Program-made: the position numbers and the translations under genes
The notes under the pieces: model-generated
The model's database searches: none
What the model was told of the DNA's origin: nothing
Seen by the model: the letters and a program-made list of their open reading frames with translations, nothing else
Part shown: piece after piece, positions 1-8,527 of the stretch
How positions within the stretch are numbered: the first letter of the stretch is position 1
Layout: the number at the start of each line of letters is the position of its first letter
Assembly (NCBI GenBank): GCA_964558915.1
Contig: CAZLFV010000006.1
Span: 1-58,225, forward strand
Source: an uncultured Eubacteriales bacterium
GTDB lineage: Bacteria > Acidobacteriota > Aminicenantia > Aminicenantales > UBA8522
Direction of reading: 5' to 3'
Length of the DNA stretch: 58,225 nt

Positions 1-4
1 ACTA

Positions 5-214
5 TGCTGTAAGCAACTCCGTTTCTGTGATATTGAGGCGGGAGCCTAGAAAGGGTGACGCCGCTGGGGGGCCCCCCGACCACCGAAGCGTTTGATGCCT
101 CCGGAATGTCTGTTTGCGTGATCAACAGAATGGGCCGCGAGGATGTCGGGGGGAAGCCGCGGCAGGACCCTATTCCAGAACAAAATGATCACAGAAACGG
201 AGCTGCTTACAGCA
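5..214. repeat. 210-bp element with 27-bp terminal inverted repeats and nested internal stems (MITE-like element or long hairpin RNA)
   Basis: TGCTGTAAGCAACTCCGTTTCTGTGAT (5-31) and ATCACAGAAACGGAGCTGCTTACAGCA (188-214) are 26/27 complementary. Inner pairs: AGGGT/ACCCT (52-56/167-171), GCCGC/GCGGC (60-64/159-163), CCCCCCGAC/GTCGGGGGG (72-80/145-153), TCTGTT/AACAGA (109-114/124-129). No credible coding frame. Confidence 0.75.
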
Positions 215-226
215 ATGTTTCTAACG

Positions 227-263
227 AAAACAGCCAGCACGAGGTCTTCAGGGCTCCTGGCTG
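227..263 (-). terminator. Possible intrinsic terminator after lpdA
   Basis: CAGCCAG/CTGGCTG stem (231-237/257-263) followed by TTTT on the minus strand, ~20 bp after the lpdA stop. The loop is large, so support is weak. Confidence 0.35.
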
Positions 264-285
264 CATTCGTGAGGCGTTTGCCCAG

Positions 286-1686
286 CTATTCGTTCAACGC
301 ATGAAGCGCCATTCCCTTAACCTTCAGCGCCGCCTCCATCAGGGCTTCAGATAAAGTGGGATGGACATGAATCGTGGAAGAGACGTCCCTCACTGTCAAA
401 CCGTGTTTGACGGCCAGAGTCATTTCGGCGATGAGCTCGCTGGCCTGAGGAGCGAGAATGTGGGCACCAATGACGCGGTCATCCGCAGAGGCGATGAGCT
501 TGACCATGCCCTCTGGGCTTTCCAGAGCCACAGCCCGTCCATTGGCCTGAAGAGAAAAAACGCCGACGCAGGTTTGAATTCCCCGGGCCTGAGCCTCCTC
601 CTCTGTCAGCCCCACCGACGCGAATTCGGGTTCGGTGAATACCGCCATGGGCACAGCCTGATAATCCATCTCTTGGAGAGCCCCGGCAGCGTTCTCAGCC
701 GCAATAATGCCTTCATGTTCGGCTTTGTGCGCCAACAGCTTTCCGCCGATGAGGTCTCCGATCGCGGAGATTCCGGGGATTCTCGTCTCCAGGCGAGGAT
801 TCACCTGGACAAATCCTGCCCGATCGAGCAAGTCCCCATACTCGTTGGCCAGGACCTCTGAATTTGGCTTTCTGCCAGCAGCCAGAAGGACTCTCTCGGC
901 ACTATATTCAAAACCAGAGTTGGTCCTGAGATTCGTACCCTTGAGTTTAACCCTTCCCCGTTCCCGCACAGCGTCCTCGATCCGCACCTCTGTGAATATC
1001 TTGAGCCCCTGCTTCTTCAGCATTCGTTCCAGACGCGCAGCCATATGTCTGTCCATTTCCGGAAGAATGGCCGGCATGATCTCCAGCACGGTCACTTCTG
1101 CTCCCGCCCTCGAAAAAATCGCGCCGATTTCGAGTCCGATTGCTCCCGCGCCAACAACAATCATCGTCCGGGGGATTTCCTCGAGGTCCAAAGCCTCGCG
1201 GTGAGTTATGACCTCTTCTCCATTCGGTTTCAAGAAAGGGAGGTCGGAAGAGCGGCTTCCCATGGCCAGGATGATGTTTTTCGCTTCTAGCGTTTTTTCT
1301 TTGCCGGGCCCGATCCAAAGGACTTTCCTGTCTCCTCTGAGCTCACCTCTGCCTTTGAGGACCTCGACTCCGTTTCGCTCCAGAAGGAATTCCGTCCCCT
1401 TGACTAGCCGGTCCACCACGTTCTTCTTGTCCTCTTGAACTCGCTTCCAGTTGAGCCGTGCGGTTTCGGAACAGCCGTTAATTCCCCGGCTTCGCTTCAA
1501 CTGGGAAAACATCTGCGTCTGGTGAAGAAGGAACTTGGTGGGAATACAGCCATAGTTCATGCACGTCCCGCCGATCCGGTCCTCCTCGATGAGCGTCACT
1601 TTTTTTTTGAGCTGGGCTGCCCTCAGCGCAGCGACATATCCGCCCGGCCCTCCGCCGATAATGACCAGGTCTCGTTCCTCCAGCAT
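286..1686 (-). CDS. lpdA: Dihydrolipoamide dehydrogenase (E3 / L-protein)
   Basis: GGGPGG FAD motif, redox-active GGTCMNYGCIP, GAGAIG NAD motif, C-terminal HPTLSE. Start set to ATG 1686 after AAGGAGGG. Confidence 0.95.
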   Translation of the reverse strand: MLEERDLVIIGGGPGGYVAALRAAQLKKKVTLIEEDRIGGTCMNYGCIPTKFLLHQTQMFSQLKRSRGINGCSETARLNWKRVQEDKKNVVDRLVKGTEFLLERNGVEVLKGRGELRGDRKVLWIGPGKEKTLEAKNIILAMGSRSSDLPFLKPNGEEVITHREALDLEEIPRTMIVVGAGAIGLEIGAIFSRAGAEVTVLEIMPAILPEMDRHMAARLERMLKKQGLKIFTEVRIEDAVRERGRVKLKGTNLRTNSGFEYSAERVLLAAGRKPNSEVLANEYGDLLDRAGFVQVNPRLETRIPGISAIGDLIGGKLLAHKAEHEGIIAAENAAGALQEMDYQAVPMAVFTEPEFASVGLTEEEAQARGIQTCVGVFSLQANGRAVALESPEGMVKLIASADDRVIGAHILAPQASELIAEMTLAVKHGLTVRDVSSTIHVHPTLSEALMEAALKVKGMALHALNE

Positions 1687-2067
1687 GGCTCCCTCCTTCA
1701 CAAGAAATACTTGCCTTCTAAGAGCTTTTTTGACAAGGGCTCATTATAGTTGCTTTTCCTGGATATTTAAAGCTGCCGGAACGCCATACGGCCTTAGTCA
1801 TAGAAATTCTTGACAGCGTCAGCTAAAAATGGGAAATATATGAAGACGTTTTGCGGGAGAGAAGAACGCTGAGGGACGACGCGCGGAAGAAAATTCTAAC
1901 TCTCCCGATGTATCCGTGGCCGCTTCCTTGCTCTTTCTTATTTGGAGGCCGGTTCCTTTTCGCTCAATATTCTGAAATCCTTCTGGGACAGACGCGGGAC
2001 CGGAATGTGCGCTACGAAGCGCCACCGAGATCATTGCGCCGCGCCTGTCTCTGCTGGGGATTCTCGG

Positions 2068-2892
2068 ATGAATTCTAAATATCTTGCCAAATCGATTGGT
2101 CTACTATTATTTTGGGTGGCCGGGGCGCTTCAGCCTCCGGCGCTTCCCGGCTATGAGCTCTTTATCTACCGGCGTTTTGAACAGAAATCTCTGCTTGGCC
2201 CGGACAAAAAAGTCATAATTCAGGGAGAATTCTTCGGCCAGTTGCAGCTCCCGTCCACTTACCCCAGCTACAATGACCTCAGTGGGGCAGAAGACCGCTG
2301 GAACTTCGGGTTCCGCGGCGTCATTTTCTTGACGGGCACCACCGCTTTAGATTTCCAGCTGGTCACGCACGACGACGGCAGGCAAAGGACAAAATTCGAC
2401 TGGCATTTCTCGGTCCATCAGAGGATCTTTGAGCACCTGAGGCTGATTCTCGGACACGATTCTGACCACGACTCCGAACACACTAGCTCCCTGAATGGAA
2501 AGCCATACTATACAAACCGGAACTACATCGGGTTCAGCCTGCCTTTTCAAGGCAAGAACTATGTCATCGAGCCTTTTGCCTGGTTCTTCCATCATACCAA
2601 CCAGCGAACTTATCTCGACCTTTCCGGAGGGAAGGTCAGGCAGGAATATGGGTTGCGCATCGGCGCTCAGGTGGGAAAAAACTCCACGGCGAGCTTGCAG
2701 GTCATTGCCCAGTCTGACGTTTTGTTCAATATAGGAAAGGCCCTGATCGCCGACTTGATTCTCCGGTTCAACCTGACCGACTGGCTCCAGCTCGCCGCGG
2801 GAGCAGGCACCTGGGCGGACCTGGGCATCTCCCCCCTGGGAATGAAGCGATCTTACTCGAAATTGACCTGGGGGATGGCCATTCTTTTTTGA
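2068..2892 (+). CDS. Hypothetical exported protein, probable outer-membrane beta-barrel
   Basis: Signal-peptide-like N-terminus from ATG 2068 (GGGGA upstream), alternating aromatic/polar strands, C-terminal LTWGMAILF ending in Phe. Confidence 0.7.
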   Translation: MNSKYLAKSIGLLLFWVAGALQPPALPGYELFIYRRFEQKSLLGPDKKVIIQGEFFGQLQLPSTYPSYNDLSGAEDRWNFGFRGVIFLTGTTALDFQLVTHDDGRQRTKFDWHFSVHQRIFEHLRLILGHDSDHDSEHTSSLNGKPYYTNRNYIGFSLPFQGKNYVIEPFAWFFHHTNQRTYLDLSGGKVRQEYGLRIGAQVGKNSTASLQVIAQSDVLFNIGKALIADLILRFNLTDWLQLAAGAGTWADLGISPLGMKRSYSKLTWGMAILF

Positions 2893-2905
2893 GAAAGGAG
2901 AGAAA

Positions 2906-4924
2906 ATGCTCGAAGTCTGGGAAAAGATCGTTTTTTCTCTCGTCATCCTGGCGACTTTTCTGGGTTTTGCTTTTCCGATTTACTTGCGCTACCGGATCAT
3001 CCGCAAAGGCCGGCCGGAGATGCGTTTCGCCGGCCTGGCCCGAAGGGTTGGAGACACCCTGTCCAAGGTCCTGTTTCAGAAATGCACCCTCAAAAACGAG
3101 CGCATTTTCACCGGACTCGCGCATGTCTTCATTTTCTACGGCGCCCTGACGTTTGATACCATGACGATCAACCACACCCTGGAAGGCTACTTCGACAACT
3201 TCTATCTCTTCGGAGAGACAGGGTTCGGGCTCTTCTTCTCACTCATTGTAGATATCTTTGCGCTGCTCGTTCTGGCCGGGATTCTCTTCTTCATTGTCCG
3301 CCGGTTCATCATCCGGCCGAAGGCCTATCAAACAACGCTCCTCGATTCCGGGGTGATCTATTTTTTCGTCATCGCCGTCACATTGAGCTACCTCTACTTT
3401 GAGGTGTTCGCCATCGCCCGGCATCCTGAAACCGCCCGGCTGTCCTTCCTGGGCAATTATCTTGCCACGAGCGTCCGGAGCCTGGGGCTGAGCCCGGATG
3501 TCATCAGCGGCCATTTCCGCTTTTCCTGGTGGCTGCACATTGTGCTGGTCTTCGGGTTTATCGTCTATGTCCCCCACTCCAAATACCTGCACATGTTCAC
3601 CGGGCCGATCAGCGTGTTTTTCCGGTCGGAACGGCCGAGCGGAGAAATCCAGCCGCTGGATATTGAGAAGTCTGAGGTTTTCGGAGTCGAAAAGGCGAGC
3701 GACCTCTCCTGGAAAGACCTTCTTGACGCCTTCGCCTGCATGGAATGCGGCCGCTGTCAGGATGTTTGCCCGGCCTTCGCCAGCGGCAAGCCGCTTTCTC
3801 CGAAAATGATCGTCTTCAACCTTGAACAGCACCTCCTTGCTGCGAAACAAAAACTGCTTCAGGGCAAGCGGGAAGACTTGCCCTCGCTTCTTCCTGGTGT
3901 CTACAGTGAAGGAGAGATCTGGACATGCACGACCTGCGGGTCCTGTCAGCATGTCTGCCCGGTCGAGATTGAGCACATCCGCAAAATCGTCGGCATCCGT
4001 CAAAGCGAAGTCCTGATGCAGAGCAAGTTCCCGCGGGAGCTGAACGCCTTTTTCCGCAATATCGAAACAAACGCTAACCCCTGGGGGATTGGGTTCGCCA
4101 AGAGAGCAGATTGGGCCGCTTCTCTTGGAGTCCCCTTGATGGCCGACCGGAAATCCGCAGAATATCTCCTCTGGGTGGGATGTGCCGGTTCCTATGACGA
4201 GGAGGGCACAAAAATCGCGGCAGCGATGGTCTCTCTGCTCAAGAAATCAGGGGTGGATTTTGCCATCCTGGGGACGGAAGAAAAATGCTGCGGCGACGCA
4301 GCCCGGAGGCTGGGCCAGGAATACCTGTTCCAGACGCTGGCTGCCGAAAACTTGAGCCTGTTCCTCAAATACAACATCAAAAAAATCATCACGTTCTGCC
4401 CGCATGGATTTAATACTTTCAAGAACGAATATCCCGGGGTTCTCGGGGTCCTGTCTTCACTGTCTCGAACCGACCGAGCCGCTCTATCCAAGATTGAAGT
4501 TGTACCGCACGTTGTACTCCTCGACTGGCTAGTCAGACAGGGTCGGCTCCCCATCAAACCCCGCCTGCCTGCCAGGTTGACTTATCATGATTCCTGCTAT
4601 CTCGGCCGGCACAATCGCATTCTCGACGAGCCGCGGGACATCCTGTCATGCCTTTCTCCGGAAAAATTCACCGAGCTCGGCCGCAGCCGCGAGCACAGCT
4701 TTTGCTGCGGAGCCGGAGGAGGCCTGATGTGGACCGAGGAGAGCCTGGGTCAGCGCATCAATCATCTGCGGACGGACGAGGTCATCAAATCGGGAGCAAA
4801 GATCGCCGCGACGTCCTGTCCGTTCTGCTTGAACATGCTCAAGGACGGTCTTAAAGACAGGGAAAAAACTGAAATTGCGGTCAAGGATATCGCCCAGCTT
4901 CTGGCCGAATCGCTGGAAGGATAG
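2906..4924 (+). CDS. Membrane-bound Fe-S oxidoreductase, FadF/EtfD/HdrD-like (TM domain, 2x[4Fe-4S], two CCG domains)
   Basis: N-terminal TM helices with PHSKYLHM; CMECGRCQDVCP and CTTCGSCQHVCP; EKCCG, YHDSCYLGR and SFCCGAGGG. Confidence 0.9.
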   Translation: MLEVWEKIVFSLVILATFLGFAFPIYLRYRIIRKGRPEMRFAGLARRVGDTLSKVLFQKCTLKNERIFTGLAHVFIFYGALTFDTMTINHTLEGYFDNFYLFGETGFGLFFSLIVDIFALLVLAGILFFIVRRFIIRPKAYQTTLLDSGVIYFFVIAVTLSYLYFEVFAIARHPETARLSFLGNYLATSVRSLGLSPDVISGHFRFSWWLHIVLVFGFIVYVPHSKYLHMFTGPISVFFRSERPSGEIQPLDIEKSEVFGVEKASDLSWKDLLDAFACMECGRCQDVCPAFASGKPLSPKMIVFNLEQHLLAAKQKLLQGKREDLPSLLPGVYSEGEIWTCTTCGSCQHVCPVEIEHIRKIVGIRQSEVLMQSKFPRELNAFFRNIETNANPWGIGFAKRADWAASLGVPLMADRKSAEYLLWVGCAGSYDEEGTKIAAAMVSLLKKSGVDFAILGTEEKCCGDAARRLGQEYLFQTLAAENLSLFLKYNIKKIITFCPHGFNTFKNEYPGVLGVLSSLSRTDRAALSKIEVVPHVVLLDWLVRQGRLPIKPRLPARLTYHDSCYLGRHNRILDEPRDILSCLSPEKFTELGRSREHSFCCGAGGGLMWTEESLGQRINHLRTDEVIKSGAKIAATSCPFCLNMLKDGLKDREKTEIAVKDIAQLLAESLEG

Positions 4925-4959
4925 AATCCCCTGGCGCCGAGCGAGCCAGGGCAAAACGG

Positions 4960-5997
4960 CTACTTCAGGATTTCCTGGAAAGCGGCCGTGGCTCTGGCCA
5001 CATCCTCATCGTCAATGTCCTTATGGGTGACAAAGCGGATCGCTCTGCCGCCGGGCGCAGCCAGGGCCAAGATTCTCCTTTTTCGAAGCTCCAAGAGGAA
5101 ATCGGCGACGGAAATCCTGGGGTGGGAAAACTCAAAGACGATGATATTGGTCTGGATTTTTTCGGGATCGAGGAGAACCCCGGGAAGCCCGGCCATGGCC
5201 AAGGCCAATTTTTTCGCTCTCTCATGATCCTCGTGCAGACGGCCAGTCATTTCCGTAAGAGCGATAATCCCCGGCGCCGCGAGAACCCCAACCTGCCTCA
5301 TTCCTCCGCCAAGAGCTTTCCTGACTCTCCGAGCGTAAGCGATGAAATCAGCCGGGCCCGCGAGCATGGACCCAACGGGAGCCGACAGGCCTTTCGACAG
5401 GCAGAACATCACTGAGTCGGCACACGCCGCGTACTCCTTGGCCGGCAGGCCGGAGGCCGCGCTGGCGTTGAAAATGCGCGCCCCGTCCAAGTGAAGCTTG
5501 ATCCCATGTTGATCGGCCACTTGCCGCAGCGCCCTCAGGTTCTCGAGCGGGACGACGGCGCCGCTCCAGTTGTTGTGGGTATTTTCCACGCAGATGAGCG
5601 ATGTCCGAGGAGTGTGAACGGAAGGCTGGCGGATATTCCGTTCAACCTCCTCAGGGTCCATGGCCCCCCGGTTCGAAAGAAGAGGTCGAGGCGTGACTCG
5701 CGAAATAAAGGTCAAGTGCGTCGACTCCATATTATAAATATGAGACCTCGCCTCAACAATCACCTCTTCAAGCTCCCGAGTCCAGACCTTGACGGCGATG
5801 GAATTGCCCATGGTTCCCGAAGGAACAAACAGAGCCGCCTCTTTTCCCACGATCGCAGTCGCCAGACCTTCGAGCTTCTGGACGGTCGGGTCATCGCCGA
5901 GGACATCATCCCCAACAACGGCCTCCGCCATCGCCCTTCGCATCTTCTCCGTGGGCCGGGTGACGGTATCGCTTCGGAAATCTGAAATTTCACTCAT
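4960..5997 (-). CDS. ltaE: Low-specificity L-threonine aldolase (PLP-dependent)
   Basis: DFRSDTVT, SGTMGN, LHLDGARIFNA, PLP lysine in CLSKGLSAPVGS. ATG 5997 after GGAGAGG. Confidence 0.93.
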   Translation of the reverse strand: MSEISDFRSDTVTRPTEKMRRAMAEAVVGDDVLGDDPTVQKLEGLATAIVGKEAALFVPSGTMGNSIAVKVWTRELEEVIVEARSHIYNMESTHLTFISRVTPRPLLSNRGAMDPEEVERNIRQPSVHTPRTSLICVENTHNNWSGAVVPLENLRALRQVADQHGIKLHLDGARIFNASAASGLPAKEYAACADSVMFCLSKGLSAPVGSMLAGPADFIAYARRVRKALGGGMRQVGVLAAPGIIALTEMTGRLHEDHERAKKLALAMAGLPGVLLDPEKIQTNIIVFEFSHPRISVADFLLELRKRRILALAAPGGRAIRFVTHKDIDDEDVARATAAFQEILK

Positions 5998-6034
5998 TAT
6001 TCGGGCCTCCTCTCCAACGCCCAAAGGTGAACTC

Positions 6035-6063
6035 ATTATAGATAAAAATCCGGTCCGCGGCAA
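6035..6063 (-). promoter_or_regulatory. Sigma70-like promoter for ltaE
   Basis: TTGCCG-17 bp-TATAAT on the minus strand. Confidence 0.55.
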
Positions 6064-6107
6064 CGGAGCGCGCGTCACCGGAAGGCGATATTGAAACATT
6101 TTTGCTG

Positions 6108-6136
6108 TTTACTTCGTTGATAATATATGGTATCTT
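6108..6136 (+). promoter_or_regulatory. Sigma70-like promoter for the PASTA-rpe operon
   Basis: TTTACT-17 bp-TATCTT with TG extended -10. Confidence 0.5.
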
Positions 6137-6185
6137 AGTTCGGCCAATCACTTTAAAGAGCGACCGAAAGCATTGTGCGTGAGGC

Positions 6186-6905
6186 ATGCCGTCCAAAAAG
6201 ATCTTTGCCTATAGCCAACTCCTGCTTCTTTTCTTCATAGTTTTTTTCCTCAGCGCTATCCTTTTTTCCCGGGTCATCCAGAAAGGGGAAATCGTCTCTG
6301 TGCCCGACCTCATGGGCAAGACGCTCGAAGCAGCCAGGAGCGACCTGGCCGAGCATAAGCTTACTCTGATTGAGAAAGGCGAGGAATACAGTGACCAGTG
6401 GGAAAGAGGCCGGATTGTCCGTCAGGAGCCTCCAGCGGGTTCAAAAATCAAAATTAACAAAACAGTCAAGGTAGTCCTGAGCAGCGGCAGCGAAATGGTC
6501 GACGTGCCCAAGCTGACAGGAAGAAGCCTGGAGGCGGCCACAAAAATGCTCGTTGAACTCGGACTCAATAAGGGAAAGGTATCGCAGATTCATACCCCAG
6601 AATACGCGGCCGGACGAATCATCGCCCAAGAGCCTTCCCCTTCTCCTCAGAAGGTCAAGAGGAATACTCCGATCAATCTCCTGGTCAGCCAGGGAGACGT
6701 TGAGCCGAGATACCTCATGCCCGATTTGATCGGACGCAAGGCCGGCGAGACCGTTTCATGGCTCAAAGCGTTGGGATTCCAGGTGGCCGACATCCGCTAT
6801 TCTTTTTATCCGGGCCTTGAATCCGGCATCATCATCAAGCAGTTTCCTCCCCAAGGCCACGGAATTGCCAAAAGAAGCCTCATCACGCTGGAGGTGAGCA
6901 GATGA
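6186..6905 (+). CDS. Membrane-anchored protein with three PASTA domains, no kinase domain
   Basis: One N-terminal TM helix, then three repeats starting VPDLMG, VPKLTG and MPDLIG, each with G-x-I-x-x-Q-x-P and ending near L-x-VS. Confidence 0.9.
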   Translation: MPSKKIFAYSQLLLLFFIVFFLSAILFSRVIQKGEIVSVPDLMGKTLEAARSDLAEHKLTLIEKGEEYSDQWERGRIVRQEPPAGSKIKINKTVKVVLSSGSEMVDVPKLTGRSLEAATKMLVELGLNKGKVSQIHTPEYAAGRIIAQEPSPSPQKVKRNTPINLLVSQGDVEPRYLMPDLIGRKAGETVSWLKALGFQVADIRYSFYPGLESGIIIKQFPPQGHGIAKRSLITLEVSR

Positions 6906-7570
6906 TCCGACTTGCTCCGTCCATCCTTTCGGCGGATTTTTCCAGGATCGGGCAAGAGGTCAAGATGGTTGAACAGGCCGGTGTTGATCTCGTCCATGTC
7001 GATATCATGGACGGCCATTTTGTCCCCAACCTGACCTTGGGCCCTCAAGTCGTCTCCGCGCTCAAGCGCACCACGTCACTTCCCCTTGACGTCCATTTGA
7101 TGGTCGAGAATCCCGGATTTTTCATCCCCCTCTTCCATGAGGCGGGCGCCGACTGGCTCTCTATTCATGTCGAGGCCGCTCGTCATCTGCATCGGGAAAT
7201 CGGGCTGATCAAAGACCTGGGAATGAAGCCCGGAGTGGCCCTGAACCCGGCGACTCCGATCCGTTCTTTGGATGAAATTCTGCCCGACCTGGATTTTGTT
7301 CTGTTAATGTCGGTCAACCCCGGGTTCGGAGGGCAGAAATTCATCAAGGCCACGCACCAGAAAATCAGAAATCTCCATGACCGGATTAAAGTGCAAAACC
7401 TGGATATCTCCATCGAAGTCGACGGGGGCATAAGTGTCCACAACATGGAAGCTCTCGTCCAAGACGGAGTGGAGATCCTGGTCGCCGGCGCGGCTATTTT
7501 TGCCAGCGCGAATCCTCCCCAGGTGATCAGGGAGATGAGAAATATCATCAAAAAGTACAATCCCGCATGA
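6902..7570 (+). CDS. rpe: Ribulose-phosphate 3-epimerase
   Basis: APSILSADF, HVDIMDGHFVPNLTLG, DVHLMV, MSVNPGFGGQKF, EVDGG. Confidence 0.97.
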   Translation: MIRLAPSILSADFSRIGQEVKMVEQAGVDLVHVDIMDGHFVPNLTLGPQVVSALKRTTSLPLDVHLMVENPGFFIPLFHEAGADWLSIHVEAARHLHREIGLIKDLGMKPGVALNPATPIRSLDEILPDLDFVLLMSVNPGFGGQKFIKATHQKIRNLHDRIKVQNLDISIEVDGGISVHNMEALVQDGVEILVAGAAIFASANPPQVIREMRNIIKKYNPA

Positions 7571-8511
7571 ACTGCCTAGTGACTGGAGCCGCCGGATTTA
7601 TCGGGTCTCACCTCTGCCTCAAACTGCTCGAGGCGGGCAATCATGTCATCGGTCTGGATTGCTTCACCGATTTTTATCCCCGCTGGATTAAAGAACACAA
7701 CCTCGGCCCCCTTCTGAAGAGCAAGAGCTTCGAATTTCTGGCCGAGGATATTCTCGAAACAGACCTGGCAAAGATCTTGGGGAGAACAGACGCTGTTTTC
7801 CATCTGGCCGCTCAGGCCGGCGTGAGAACAAGCTGGGGAGAACACTTCTCCGTCTATACCCACAACAATATCCTAGCAACCCAGAAGCTTCTGGAAGCGG
7901 CCAAGGCAAGTTCCCTCCAGAAGTTCATCTATGCGTCTTCCTCGTCCGTCTATGGCCTCACCCCGACACTCCCGATGTCAGAAATGAACCTCCTCCGGCC
8001 AATCTCTCCGTACGGAGTAACCAAGCTGGCGGCCGAGCAGTTGTGTTTCTTGTATTACAAAAATTACAATATTCCCGCAGTCTCCCTCCGGTTTTTCACC
8101 GTGTATGGGCCAGGCCAGCGGCCGGATATGGCCTTTCATAAGTTCTTAAAGTCGATCGCAGAAAATAAGTTCATTACAATATTCGGAGACGGAAAACAAA
8201 CAAGAGACTTCACCTATATCGATGATGTCGTCACGGCCTGCGAGGCGGCTCTTCTCCACGGAAAAATGGGCGAAACATATAATGTGGGCGGAGGGCACCG
8301 GGAGAAATTGCAGGACATTTTTCCGCTTCTCGAGGAGATCTGCCAAAAAAAGCCGAAAATTCACCTAGCTGAAGAACAAAAGGGAGACGTGCTTCACACG
8401 CTTGCTGATATCGAAAAGGCCAAGAAAGACCTCCGCTATGCCCCCCGGGCCCTCCTCCGGGAAGGCCTCAAGAAAGAATGGGACTGGATAAGGGAGCTGT
8501 ATTTCTCTTAA
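7567..8511 (+). CDS. NAD-dependent nucleotide-sugar epimerase/dehydratase (UDP-glucuronate 4-epimerase-like)
   Basis: TGAAGFIG, HLAAQAGVR, SSSSVYG, YGVTK, LRFFTVYGP, RPDMAF. Confidence 0.9.
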   Translation: MNCLVTGAAGFIGSHLCLKLLEAGNHVIGLDCFTDFYPRWIKEHNLGPLLKSKSFEFLAEDILETDLAKILGRTDAVFHLAAQAGVRTSWGEHFSVYTHNNILATQKLLEAAKASSLQKFIYASSSSVYGLTPTLPMSEMNLLRPISPYGVTKLAAEQLCFLYYKNYNIPAVSLRFFTVYGPGQRPDMAFHKFLKSIAENKFITIFGDGKQTRDFTYIDDVVTACEAALLHGKMGETYNVGGGHREKLQDIFPLLEEICQKKPKIHLAEEQKGDVLHTLADIEKAKKDLRYAPRALLREGLKKEWDWIRELYFS

Positions 8512-8527
8512 CCGAACAAGGACAGGA

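Noticed and set aside
46-354. Short ORFs 46-240(-) and 55-354(+)
   Set aside because: They overlie the palindromic element and the lpdA end, with no RBS or protein-like features.
1853-1907. Glycine riboswitch resemblance (GGGAGAG ... CGCTGAGGG ... AACTCTC)
   Set aside because: Lacks the P2 hairpin and the CTCTCAGG ... GAC closing elements, and it faces away from lpdA. Kept only as an unassigned structured leader.
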